DNA of 64,000 nucleotides from contig CM120649.1 of assembly GCA_051362555.1 (NCBI GenBank), positions 13,082,001 through 13,146,000 of the forward strand. The letters run 5' to 3'. Origin of the DNA: Lingula anatina. Taxonomy: Eukaryota; Animalia; Brachiopoda. The position numbers and the translations under genes were made by a program. Shown here piece after piece: positions 39,649-52,800 of the stretch. How positions within the stretch are numbered: the first letter of the stretch is position 1; every line of letters begins with the position of its first letter. The notes beneath the pieces were generated by a model, which was given only the letters and a program-made list of their open reading frames with translations, was not told the DNA's origin and made no database searches.

Positions 39649-42600
39649 AGTAGCTAGGATGTAGATTTAGACCCCCCCCTCTACACATACACACTTATTT
39701 CTGCTGAGGCGAGTCTGTCCAACCTGGTGAGTGGTACCTAATAATGTGATCTTCCCAATGTACAGTACTACTAAGATAATTTGAAATGGAATATTCACAA
39801 AAACAGGTACGGAAATGCCAAAATGAGGTCACCCATTTTCAGATCGGTCTGTTGTAGAATATCTGATCTCCCTCCCCCCTCATATTTGTGGCAAGTGTGA
39901 CATTTTACGAAGCCAGCCCTTTCCAACACATAGCTCCCACAAAACATTTCCAATATGAATATTATCAACAATATCAAACCCAGCCACTCTTCAGTTAACA
40001 GTGCTGAGAATAAAATGGCACTGAATCATGCAAATAAAGAATCGGTTTTCAACTGAGCTGCCATTCATCAGGCACTCATAACAATTTTTTGTTTGGGGGG
40101 TTTTGTTTCTTTTTTGTGCTATAACTAATTTACGATCCAGACCTTAGTCTATCTACATACAATGACCTAGTAAACAACAATAGCAAAACTAAGATAAATC
40201 AATTATTATTTTGTTTATCATTTTCTCTCTGCAATAATTATTGCATGAATAAAATTGGGCAATCAGTAGCTTTCTGTAGTCCTGAATGCAAAGAACAGGA
40301 TTCTCTTGAACTCATTTTACATCATTTCTTTTCTTTCAGGAATGGGGGTTGATTCTGTTTTATCACCACTAAAAAGTTCTATTCTTCCCCCACTAAGAAA
40401 CTCTGTTCTTCCGCCACAATAAATACAAATATTATTAAGCCGAAGATTCTGCTTGAAAAACTCTATATGGGAATTGAACCAATTACTATTTTCTCACAAA
40501 GATATAGTTACCTGATGAGGTTGGCAGTTACAATGTGTTATCCAACCTGCTTTTTTATCTGTCACACAAGAAATCATTTCCAGAATGAAAAACCATGTAT
40601 TTATAATCAATTGGGATGTTTGAACATCCCTTCTTGTTATGCAGTTCATTTACAGTGTCTATATGCACTGAATAATTTCAACAAATAAAGCGGGATTCTC
40701 ACTTTGGTATATCAAAGTAGGGGGCACATATGCTGATAGCTAGGGGGAGGAGGCGACAGGGGCAGAAAGGGGGAGGGGCAATCCCCCCCCCTCTCCATTT
40801 CAACAATGAGTCCCACATATACATCTCTCTGTTAATTACTATACTTAACAGGGTAGGGGTAAAAACCTTCAACAAGACTTATATGCAGAGTGAAGCTTTT
40901 TTTCTTACATTTGCCAAGTTGGCAATCTTAAATTAACATAACAGGTTAAAAAACAGACCTACTTGACTACCTGGCCTATCACTTAGGTAAATGCATTAGC
41001 ATTGACTAACTCACAAGAGCTTTTTTCTACTCCTAAAACGTCAAATTTTTCAGTCAATAACATGAAAATCTGAAAACTTCTGGCCAAAACCAAGGTTCTA
41101 TAATTTCGACCTTCAATTGGTCTTCATCCTACAGATAGCATTTCCAATTATGGATGCATTTGCCATGCACACAACATAGATAAATCACCTCAGATATACC
41201 AGACCAATAGACAAACATGACTGATGAAGCCATTTACTGGGCTGGTTAAGTCTTAATGGTCAGCCAGGTGATGAACTACCTCTGCCTTTTTTTAATGATA
41301 ACAGTTCAGTTGAAAGAAACACTGGTCTCCTTACTGTACATTAGGACAGGGATGGAGAATATGTGTTATTAGCCAAGCATATTGCTGTTGTGCTGAAAAA
41401 TCACAAAATATCAGCACTAATAATATTTTTAAATCCTACTGACCCTTCTGAGACAAAATATTAAAATTCTGATTTCATTTGCTTAGCTGTAGTTGAGCTT
41501 CCTGTTCATAAGCAAAAGCTATGCAAAAAAGAAGTACTAGTAGCTTCACTAAGTTGCTGATAGCTAACATTTGTCTGCTATTGTATGAACTTTCAATTTC
41601 ATATACTAGTACATGTGCATTTGGAACGGATACCTGACCACCAAAACCCCTTAATGAGACACAAATAGCAAACTGAGGCCAAATAACATGGCTCAGAAAT
41701 GACCAAGCCAATGGAAATAGAAAGACCTTCCAAGCTACAGCACACTGTATCTGTCAGCTGTTAAACTGATAGATCTGCTAAATAACGACAGCATTATGCA
41801 CATTTAATGCAATTTTCAGTCTGTAAAATAAATTAAATACTCCAACCACATGGGGGTTTATTTACCTGGCAGACTTGACCCCACCCAGCTACCTGAGTTT
41901 ACCTGTGGCACCCCTTCTAGTCAATACAGCTTTCACAAGGCTTCAAAGGTTAAGATGGTACTTGTGGGAGCTTTATACAAATACTAGTATAGTGTGTGGT
42001 CTGCAGTCTAAGAAATACACTGTATACATCATCATGTGCATTGCTGCACATATCAATATATTGTGTAACATGGGGGAGAGTATTAAGGAGAAGATTTAGC
42101 CTGCTGCACTATATATCTTCTATTCACCTGACGCCAAAGTTTCAGATTTATCTGAATATGTAAAAGTAATAACACAACACCTATTTCTTCAGAACAAAAA
42201 TATTTCAGATCTACATCTACCAGTAGATGGATACATAACATATTAATTTCCCAGCTTCATTTAATTGGTAAAATAGTTCTTAATTCTTAAGATATCCCAG
42301 ACAAGCTACTAGTATGCAGTTTCACTGTCTTAGTCTTAAGTTTATACTGCTGTGAACATGGCTCATGTTCTGATGATGCCATTTAATCCGTTTCTGTACT
42401 AGTAATTCTCTGTATGAACTTGATCCACAAAATATATTTTGTTTTCACAGCACTGTGAGTATTCACAGTAAGCTATGACATTCACATCTGTCACACAGTT
42501 CAATGTCTACTTCACATTTATAAAAAGCATCAAACATGCAGGCAACAAAACTCAATACAAAATAAGTGAATAATTTAATGCTCTGAATATAATCATTATC

Positions 42601-42920
42601 ATATGACTGCTTATGGTTGCATTCATTTTGAATTGGAGAGATCTCAACTTCAAAGACTTACTATAGGTGTATGATATATGTATGAATACACACTTGATAT
42701 AAAAGAATACATAACACACCTGGGATAACTTATTCACAATGGACATAACAACAGTCTTTTCTCCCTAACTCAGTATGCAGTAAGCAGAGGCATGTTTTTT
42801 GTGGATTTTTTTCTCCTACTGTAGTTACTCATTTGGACAACAAAACAATATTGGAAAACTTAAAGAGGTACTAGTAACAGACACCTGGTACTATCTCTCT
42901 TTTTCACTCTCTCTTACTTG

Positions 42921-42924
<4 letters not shown>

Positions 42925-42984
<60 letters not shown>
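42925..42984. repeat. (CA)n microsatellite
   Basis: Read directly. Confidence 0.9.
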
Positions 42985-42985
<1 letters not shown>

Positions 42986-43249
42986 CAATAAGAACAGTGT
43001 CACAGCTAGTTTTAATATAAAAGTCAGTATTATCAAATATCAACATTTAACTGAACAATATACTAGAACTGATTGACCACAGTGGAGTACAGTTATAGCC
43101 TCTGGACATAACTGATGCAACAGTATCATTAATTTCCCTTTGCCAGAGAGTAGTACTAGTAACTGCAGAAATACTAACATCTAAATCACTGCCTATACGC
43201 ATTGCTATGCTGCTCAGTTATATATCCCCTACAGCAAAATGATGCATAC

Positions 43250-43279
43250 CTTAGCCTCAGGGCAACCACACGATTTCAT
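43250..43279 (-). CDS. STK24/STK25/STK26: Candidate alternative first coding exon of the kinase (MKSCGCPEAK)
   Basis: CAAACATG start context, 10 codons, AAG|GTATGC phase-0 donor; short, so it could be chance. Confidence 0.35.
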
Positions 43280-44079
43280 GTTTGTGATCATGAAATAAAT
43301 GAATAAATGAATATACTATAGTCTTGCATAGAGGAGGCCATATCACAGCATTTGCGGATCAATATAAACCTATGAAAAATGTTCTGTGTTCTTTTGATAT
43401 TAACACATGAGTCATGGTCTTCTATTTCTTTGTGGGGAAATTGAAAACGGATGTTCTTTTTCTCTCTTTGTTAATGAATGATCTGGATATGCTTGGTATA
43501 GATGCATCAAAATCTTGATGAAACAATTATGAACCTATAGTCCCATTCTAGTATAATGTGGGTGACAACATGTTATGACTCTGGAAATTGCATGGTTTGA
43601 AACCTTTTTTGCCATGCATTAAACTTGAAAACATGCATTTTCTTATACCAAATTGCAATGAAGTAGAGGGGGTACATTGTTATGATATAGTAGTCTGCAG
43701 TATACCATGGAGTGCGCATATGTATGACACCAAGTTCTAATATCAGTGGTTGCTACTCCATATACTAAGAAGAATCCAAACATCCATTGCTACTGCAGTT
43801 TAACGGGCGGCAGTTTAACTGTAGTTCAGACTTCTAATTACAGAGTCTGGCAGCTGTTAACACTCATAAATACTCAGGACTTCTAACCATAGGTGGTCAG
43901 TGAGTACTGACCAACGGGCAACAGGTGGGGATTACTGCAGCATACCTTTGAAGTAAACAGAAACCAAACACTAACTGTTCACGAGAGGATTTACCCTAAA
44001 AAACAATCAATCCAGATGGCAACAATCATTCTATGTTATTAAAATATTCTCGATGTGAACATTGAAAGTAGGAACTTAC

Positions 44080-44112
44080 CTTCTGGCCTCTAATCGGGGC
44101 TGGAAAAGCCAT
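44080..44112 (-). CDS. STK24/STK25/STK26: GCKIII/STE20 kinase, distal first coding exon (MAFPAPIRGQK)
   Basis: GCAACATGG start context, 11 codons, AAG|GTAAGT phase-0 donor matching the phase-0 acceptor at 17481; lies just downstream of a YY1-motif promoter. Confidence 0.8.
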
Positions 44113-44339
44113 GTTGCTTGCTGTCACTTCCTTGTTGCTTGTCGATTTCACCTGCACCCACCTGGTGGATTTCAAGAGGATGCGATGTGTTTTTCGGTTT
44201 CAAAACACTCTTACGAGCTGTCCCTGGGCGCTTGAGCTAGAGTCTTCCACAGCGTAAGTGTGTATATTTCAATCAGCAGTCCTCAATGACAATCACTAAG
44301 CAAGGACTTGAAATTTAGTCGCTATCAACACCACCAGCA

Positions 44340-44430
44340 TTGGAAAACTGCAAACACTATCGAGTCCGCCATCTTTGACCAAGTATCGTCGGAAGGTGAG
44401 GGTGTGGTCAATTTTCCTTCCGCTAGGCAA
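44340..44430. promoter_or_regulatory. Probable kinase promoter or TSS region, shared head-to-head with the plus-strand gene
   Basis: Perfect YY1-type motif CCGCCATCTT at 44366-44375 (AAGATGGCGG on the kinase strand), ETS-like CGGAAG at ~44390, local CpG enrichment. Confidence 0.5.
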
Positions 44431-46096
44431 ATAGTTCATCTAGTATATTTGAATTTAAATAATATATTTATGAAAAACAACTATTAATTTATTAATAAAT
44501 AAACACAAAATGATAAATTATTCATTTTTTATCTATAATACAAGGATTTTGAAGGGCATTTTTAATTCAAATAATGAGGTCACCCGCGTAGTTTTTTAAC
44601 TTGGTTTTGACCTCTGACCAACCGAGAAACCCAAGTAAAATCACAGGGTAAAGATTTCAAAAAGGAATAACCGTTTCTCTGAACGTAATACATGATCTTA
44701 AAAGCTACAATGTGGTTAGATATATTTTACGTCTTATAAAAATTCAACAAGAATTTCTCAGGAAAGAAAAATCGACAGGTAAAGAAATTATAAAGGTGTT
44801 ATAATGTGGTCGGCAAGTGCCCTGTGTATTGAAACGTGAATGTAAACAGGAGCCGAGAGGGAAGCAGATGTTTGTAGGGATTATGGCGTGTGGTTCAGTC
44901 TTTTTATCCGGAATGCAGAGACATATTCGATTCTAGTCAGAACCTTTGGTAATATTACGCTTAAATGTAACCTTAATATTTGCTGTTTGTATTCGAAAGA
45001 GCAACGAGCACTTAAAAATTGAATGCCATAATCAAGGAATTCACACATTACCTGGGTGTGAGAAATGAACATGTGCAGATGAATTATTATAACCGTTACG
45101 CCGTTTTACTTCACACTTATGAGGAGGGTATTGTTTGCATGAAGATAATAGCGTTTGTGCAAGCTTAGCAAAAATTGTAATATGGTTGTGCATCAACAGC
45201 TTTGGCAAACTGAAAGTATACTGATTTGATTTACAATTAAGGGCAGTTCCAGATTAAGGGGGTTGGGGTGGGGCAGAACCTCCACCCCCCACTCCCAATC
45301 CACACCCCCCACCCCCACTTCTCTCCAATTGCCTCAGTTTTCGACCTTACATGGTGTAGGTACTTAATGCAGGTAATGCCTCGTTCCTCTCAGTGTTTCA
45401 AATTCCCAAGGCTATAATATACATGTACATGTATGGATCCACATCCTCGCAAAAATGTGTCATCTCTCACACCTTGAACCTGTAGTATATCATTTGCATT
45501 TAAAGTGCCTTTGTATCGTTTCACGCATCAGTTTCATAACGTTTTAGTGTTTTTTTTTATTCCCCGTATGTTTAATGAATAAAAATGTCCCAGTTCGTAA
45601 GCATGGTAGTGCTAAGTACTGCTAATCCCTGCCATTTATAAGTGATGTCCCTGATATAAAGCCTGTGCACAGAGTTTGGCACAGAGGTTGGATATGAGGC
45701 CTTACCTGCAAAAGATATCTATATCTTATAAGACCGAAAAAAAAAATGAGACAAGCCCTGCTATCCCTTGGTATGTAATAATGAGAGTAATGTTGTTACT
45801 TGAGGTAAAACGATGTATTAACCACTCCGTACATGAGATCTCCCCAGGGAGATGAGAAACATTCAGGTAAAAAAAAAAAAAATTCAAATTGACCATGTAG
45901 GCAAAAAATTGCAAAAAAAAGTAATGAACAAATTTTAAAAATACACATAAATGCTATTGTATATAATTTCTGGGTATTCATCCAACTCTCCATGTGTCGC
46001 CAGAATATATATGATAATAATTATGATAATTAAGAAAAATAATAATGTTTTTAATTTTTGAATTTTCTGCAGGAGTCATGTTAGCAGACAGGTGCC

Positions 46097-46221
46097 ATGA
46101 ACAACCTCCTCCTCACTGGCAACAGGCGCCATCTTCATCAGTTCAACTTGAAGGTGGCGCTAGTGGTGGTGATTATATTTGTGTTGCTGACCATCATATC
46201 TTACGTCAATGAGTTGGCAAA
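46097..46221 (+). CDS. First coding exon of a type II membrane protein (MNNLLLTGNRRHLHQFNLK-VALVVVIIFVLLTIISYV-NELAK)
   Basis: TTTTCTGCAG acceptor at 46072, GCCATG start, basic N-tail then an 18-aa hydrophobic signal anchor, AA|GTAAGT phase-2 donor. Confidence 0.75.
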
Positions 46222-46454
46222 GTAAGTGTATGTCTATATTGTATGCTTAGAGGTTGTTGCACAGATATCTATTTTTATCAGTGCTCACTTCTTAATCTTT
46301 TTTTCCTAATCTATTTTCAGTGTTTTTTAAGTTTTCCAAAATCTGTATGATGATCATATTAAATGTTAGGAATTTATTGGTTGATGGACTGATCAACTGA
46401 TTGATTGCAGGTATTATTTCAATAAAACATAATATTATATTGACCTTTTTTCAG

Positions 46455-47559
46455 AGCTGGATTACTGGAAAAAAGATCCCAGCGCAAGCGTGTCATGCAA
46501 ACATATTCTAACATCAGAGATGAAAGTGCAGTAGAGGCTCTTGCAAACGCTTCCAAGGATATTGATGACAGCAAATATCAAATCCATGATAGAGATTATA
46601 ACAAGAATCCCAAATCAAAAAAGAGAAAACATGGCGCAAATATTGAAGAATCTGAGAAAAATGAAGATGAGATTGATGGTGATGGTGGAAATCATAGGGC
46701 CAAACGAGATGCTCCACTCGAATATGGATTTAGGGAACACTTACAAGGTGATGGTAATCACTTACAAGAATTCAACAAGCATGTGGAATTAAGAGAAGCA
46801 AGGAAGTTTGTAGTCTTAGAAAGACTAGAAAAACATCTTAACTCAAAACATGCAGTGAAATCCAAAACCACCCGAAAACCAGAGAAATATGGCTTCCCAA
46901 AAGAGCCCGGTGGTTCTAGATCTGCAAGTGAAGTGGACCAATATTCAACTGCTGAGGATCAGGATAAATATGCATCTGAGAAAGGCATACCTTTTACTTC
47001 ACCCGAGACTTCTATTAATAATCAATCAAACCATCATTTGGATGCTAATATAACAGGCATATCATCTAGAAGTGCCTTAAATATATCTGTAGTGATGGGA
47101 CTTAACCAAACAAATAGGGATGATCTTGAAGAAGCAGAGATGAGAGAAAATGAGATTCAGGAGGAGAGCGATATTTCCACCATTTTGTACAACAACACTA
47201 GTATAGTTGAGCAGAGGGAAGAAGATACTTTTTCTGAAAAATTGGGAAATTTTAGCAGAAATCAAAATTACCAGAATAATCTGGGCAGGACAGATTTCAG
47301 AAATCATAATCTACAGAGTACATGGAATGTTTCTGACGATTTACTCAACCAAACTGAGATCCTTGAGCCAAAGAAAACTCCAGGTTCAAGAATGAAGTAC
47401 ATGTACAAAGTTAATCCAGCTGAATTTGAAGGAAATATCACATCTTTTTCTTCTTCTAGGAATCCATTGCTTCTATTTCAAAAATTTATTCCAAGGGCAT
47501 CGAAAAATGAGAAGTCTCCAGTTAAACAGATACAAACTAAAGAGGTTTACATTTTATGA
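46455..47559 (+). CDS. Second coding exon of the type II membrane protein: long low-complexity luminal stem
   Basis: TTTTTTCAG phase-2 acceptor puts it in frame with ORF 46495..47559; RAKR furin-type site at 46696-46707; about ten NxS/T sequons; ends at stop 47559 or at the GAG|GTTTAC donor after 47544. Confidence 0.7.
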
Positions 47560-48261
47560 TGTATTAAATATTTTTTTCCTAAAAAGAACACATTATGAGG
47601 AACAACTTGTAAAACTGTTTGACAATAGACACAGACTTGAAAATGTACTGTCTTTCCTTAAAATGAAATTCCTCTGAGATGTGAATGGGTAAATTTATTG
47701 GATAATTGACATTTCAAAGTCATGAAGTTCTAATTGTGCATTACTGTTAAACATATATGCCACAATTTTGCTCAAAGCAACTTCATTCAACCAAAATAAT
47801 TTCAAGAGGATATCCATGCCCAGTCATTAAAGGTGTCAGTATGTGGGGGACGGCTTTTGATTTTTAAAACCCAAGGTCATAAGATGCGATTTGAACATGA
47901 GTACATTCAACAGTCTCTCTCGAGAGCATGGGGAATTTTACATCAAATGCATTTTATAAACTTTTTGACAATTTTGATACAATATATATGTATGGTGATG
48001 CAATTTGGAGGAAGAACTGCATATTTACCAGTATGTTTGATACTAATAGGTTTTTTTCTGTAAGAATGATAGGCTAGTTGGGAGTTATAAGACCAGAGTA
48101 TTAGAGTGTACAAGAGAATGCTGGGAAACAGCATACTGATGACTAAGGTTAAATTCTAGGGTTGAGCGCTTATGAAAATTTCCTATAGGTAATACTATAG
48201 GACCCTATGGAACTCTATTAAAGGAATCCTTCATAACTATAGGAATTGTACAGGACTCTAT

Positions 48262-48487
48262 CACCCCATTTCCATAGATTTTTAGATCGATCTATCCCTG
48301 TAGGGAGTCTCACTAGATTACTGTCAGCTTGTCCGGCTTAAGTGTCTGTCCCGCCTACTAAAAGCTGTAAGGGGGTAATTAACTATGGTGCCCGCTCGGC
48401 TGACTGCAATTTAGCGTGAACCCCCAGGGAGTTAGGTCGATCTAAAACTTAATCTTTAGATCATTCTAAATCTCTGGGAAAGCACCC
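48262..48487 (+). mobile_element. Same MITE family, copy 2, nested in a CTATAG-rich repeat
   Basis: Same internal sequence as copy 1; TAT on both sides (3-bp TSD). Confidence 0.75.
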
Positions 48488-48938
48488 TATGAGACTCTAT
48501 AGAAATCCTATCAGACATCCTTTTGGAAATCCAACATTAGGAAACGTATTATAGGGCCATATAGGAAAACTGAAAGGGGGTGTTTGCTGTTAAGACAAGC
48601 ATGAGTTAATTGATTTTTTTATATATATAAATGTTTTACTGCATCTTTTATAAGTCCTGTCATGGTTGAACTACTGAGTATATAGAAAGCAAAATGTAAT
48701 TTGCATGTCTGTAGGTTGTTTTCATGTTGTTGAATGTTAAAAAATCTGTGATATATGCATCTGTTTTGGATGTGTTTTGTAACATATTTGTTACGGTCTC
48801 TGTTTAACAAACGTGTTCCAGAAGAAGTTGTCAGAAAGACTGATATTAGATAAACTTTATGGGATTATTTTCATGTTGACTGTTTTTGAATAATGGTTGT
48901 AACTGGTAAGCAGATCTTGATCCTGGGGATGCATCCCT

Positions 48939-48979
<41 letters not shown>

Positions 48980-49334
48980 AGGAAAAAAAAGATGCACAAA
49001 AGCTCACAGAAGAATGTTTTAACTCTGTATCTGACTCTGCAAAATCCCCCAAATTAACCAATGTTTCATATATCTTTCTTGCATAAAAGAGGGTGAGGGC
49101 CCCTCCTTATTGTCCTAGATCAATTGATAAAAAAACATTATTAGTCTATGTATGTTTAGTAAATCGAATATGGAGAATGATAACTGGTTGTAGGGAGTAC
49201 TACAGAGTAGTAGATCAGAAATTGACAAATAGGAGGTTGTGTGGACTAGTTCATAACTTGATGGTTTTATGCACTAAGGCATTTCATGGTAACATATCAA
49301 GCTTAAGTCAGTTTAAGTATACATACATGTTTTG

Positions 49335-49502
49335 CATGCCCGTAGCCAGGGGGGGTTCGGGGGGTTTGAAAGAACCGCCCCTTTTGCTGGGAAAAGGTCC
49401 ACTCTGGGTAAAATTTGATCTAGGTACATGAAGTTTTTATGGGAAAAGGTCCACTTTTTCAGAAAAAGAACCCCCCTTTTGAAATTGCTGGCTACGGGCC
49501 TG
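49335..49502. mobile_element. hAT-like MITE with 15-bp TIRs
   Basis: CATGCCCGTAGCCAG...CTGGCTACGGGCCTG; TTTTG on both flanks. Confidence 0.72.
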
Positions 49503-49864
49503 TTTTGTCAAAACCGAGTATGGATTATGTATAATTTGTCTTCATCTTTTCAGCATCAACTGAATTAAAGAATTGTTGCAGAAAGAAAGTATTGTTGAAT
49601 TTTTAGTATTTTTTCTTCCTCTTTTTAATACATGTTGGTCTCTTTCATAAATCACAACAAAAATCTTAATAAAAAAATAACAATAACAATTATTTATTAT
49701 TCTCTGATACAATAATAACATCACAAACTTTTTTAAATGGCGGAATTGAAATAGTTACAACAAATATACTTAAACGTGAGATAATGAAGAAAAAATTCAA
49801 ACTCGTTAAAGTTGAGATATGTTTCATGAGATGTGAAAAAAATGACAGATGAAGGCGTTTTTCC

Positions 49865-52800
49865 TTTTTTATGTACAGACACAGATGTGTCTGTACATAT
49901 AGCCATCATCTGCGTCTGTCGTCGCCGTCGCCGTCGTCGCCGTCGCCGTCATCGCCGTCGTCGCCGTCGCCGTGCACTTTTACCGATAACACGATAAGTG
50001 GAAAACCATTTCTATGTACAGACACCGATGGCGATGGCGATGCCGATGGCGATGCCGGCGCCGTGCACTTTCCTTGTAAACACGATAAGTGGAAGGCAGT
50101 TTTACTTTTTGGCTTTATATTTACAGAGCTGATGAATATTCATAAAACGCAGGTCAAGTTCGAAAATCAGCATGATCGGGCCATTATTGTAGTAGTTATG
50201 CTGTTTTTTCACTTTTCAGCACATTTTTCACATTTCCTTCATATTCAATTCTTAGGCATGTTAACAGTCTCATTATTAAACTAATAAGATACGTAAAAGT
50301 GTTTGTTTGACATTTCCTGCATCTTTACAACATTGTTAGTTGATTTTGTAAAAATGATGGTAAACTTGTTATCGTGTATTGTGTAATAAAGTTTCAAAAA
50401 TTGAAAATAAACTCATATCATTGCAGTTTGTCAGATTCAATCATTCACTATGTTCAGAATCTCAGAATGGAAGAAATTGGACATTTAACACTGCTCTATT
50501 GATATTTTCCCCATCTCATCAATTTTCTTAGTTGATCATATAAAAATGGCAGTAAACTGTTAATTTTGTTTTATGTTAAAAAATGTTAAAAATGGAAAAA
50601 AAAAACATTTCAGAACAGTGCTGTCTTGTTTACATTTTGGCATTTTCAAGTTGTGACTTTGAAGTTCCATGGGCCTGAAGACCTTTGCTAGTCACATTTT
50701 CTGAATATCCATGATACTAATATTTTATTATTAAAAATTGATGGTCATTATGCTGTTAAACATTATGTAATATTGCATCAAAATTTGAAAAAAAAAAACT
50801 ATTTTGGGCACTGCTCCCATGATGACCATTTAAGAAAAACCATGTCACTTACTGTTCTCAAACAGTACAGTAAATATATATATATAGATGTTTCTGTACA
50901 TATTGCCATCACCTGCGTCTGTCGTCCCCGTCATCGCCGTCGCCGGCGCCGTGCACTTTCATTGTAAACACGATAAGTGGAAGGCAGCTTTACTATTTGG
51001 CTTTATATTTACAGAGCTGATGAATATTCATAAAACGCAGGTCAAGTTCGAAAATCAGCATGATCGGGTCATTATTGTAGAAGTTATGCTTTATTTTTCA
51101 CTTTTCAGCATATATGCAACACTGTAAACACATTCCAAGGAAAACCGATAGGCCTGTTGTCATGAAACTCACAGGAGTAATCTATCTTACTAAAACGCAG
51201 GTCAAGTTAGAAAATCGGCATGATCAGGCCACTATTTTAGTAGTTATGCTTTTTTTTTCACTTTTCAGCATATATGCAACACTGTAAACACAATATAAGA
51301 AAAACAGATAAGCCAATTGTCATTAAACTCACAGGAGTGGTCAATCCTTCTAAAACGCAGATTGAGTTAAAAGATCAGCATAATCGGGCCATTATTTTAG
51401 AAGTTATGTTGTTTTTTCACATTTTCTCAGATTCAATTCTTAGGCATGTTAACAGTTTCATTATTTAATTAATAAGATATTAAAAGTGTTTGTTTGACAT
51501 TTCCTGCATCTTTACAACATTGTTAGTTGATTTTGTAAAAATGATGGTTAATTTGTTATCGTGTATTGTGTAATAAAGTTTCAAAAATGGAAATAAACTC
51601 ATATCATTGCAGTTTGTCAGATTCAATCATGCTTGTCACATGCTTGCTGACCCATGCTTGTCACATTTTCTGAAAATCCATGATACGTATATTTTATTAT
51701 TAAAAATTGATTGTCATTATGCTGGTAACCATTATGTAATATTGCATCAGAATAGAAGAAAACACAATTTTGGGTGCTGCTGCCATGATGACCATTATGG
51801 GAAAACCATGTTACTTATGATTGCCAAACTTTCAAAAAAGAAATACAGGACTAAAATGCAGCCTGAGTTGGAAAAGCAGTCTAATTGACTTCTTTTTCTG
51901 GAAGTTTTACATTTTCAAAGGGTGAACTTGAACTCCCATGGGCCTGAAGCCTTATGTTTGGTACACATTTTACTTACATTGATATTACCTGTTGAGCATA
52001 ATTAGAATTTGATGTTGAATTTGCAGTTTAACATAATGTACTTTTGCATCAGAATTGACAGTAGCCTATTTTGTTATTTCCTGCTTTTTGTCTGTACATT
52101 TGACAGCTTTGCTGCCTTGTACCTTTTGACTTGAAACTTGCAGAACTGATGAATATTCATAATACGCAGGTCAAGTTCGAAAATCAGCATGATCGGGTCA
52201 CTTTTAGGGAATTTATGCAGGTTTTTTCACTTTTTTCAGCATATATGCAGCACCGATAACACGATAAGTGGAAAACCATTTTACCTTTTGACTTGAAACT
52301 TACAGAACTGATGAATATTCATAATACGCAGGTCAAGTTCGAAAATCAGCATGATCGGGTCACTTTTAGGGAATTTATGCTGTTTTTTCACTTTTTTCAG
52401 CATATATGCAGCACCGATAACACGATAAGTGGAAAACCATTTTACCTTTTGACTTGAAACTTACAGAACTGATGAATATTCATAATACGCAGGTCAAGTT
52501 CGAAAATCAGCATGATCGGGTCACTTTTAGGTAATTTATGCTGTATTTTCACTATTTTCAATATAAATGCAACACTGATAACACAATATAAGAAAAACGG
52601 ATTGGCCAATTGTAATTATACTCACAGGATTGGTCAATCTTACTAAAACGCAGGTTGAGTTCGAAAATCAGCATAATCGGGCCATTATTTTATAAGTTAT
52701 GCTGTTTTTTCACATTTCCTCAGATTCAGTTCTTAGGCATGTTAACAGTCTTATTATTTAACTAATAAGATACGTAAAAGTGTCTGTTTGACATTTCCTG

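Noticed and set aside
52121-52600. Regularly spaced repeats resembling a CRISPR array
   Set aside because: Whole ~161-bp units are near-identical with no unique spacers; the context is eukaryotic and there are no cas genes.
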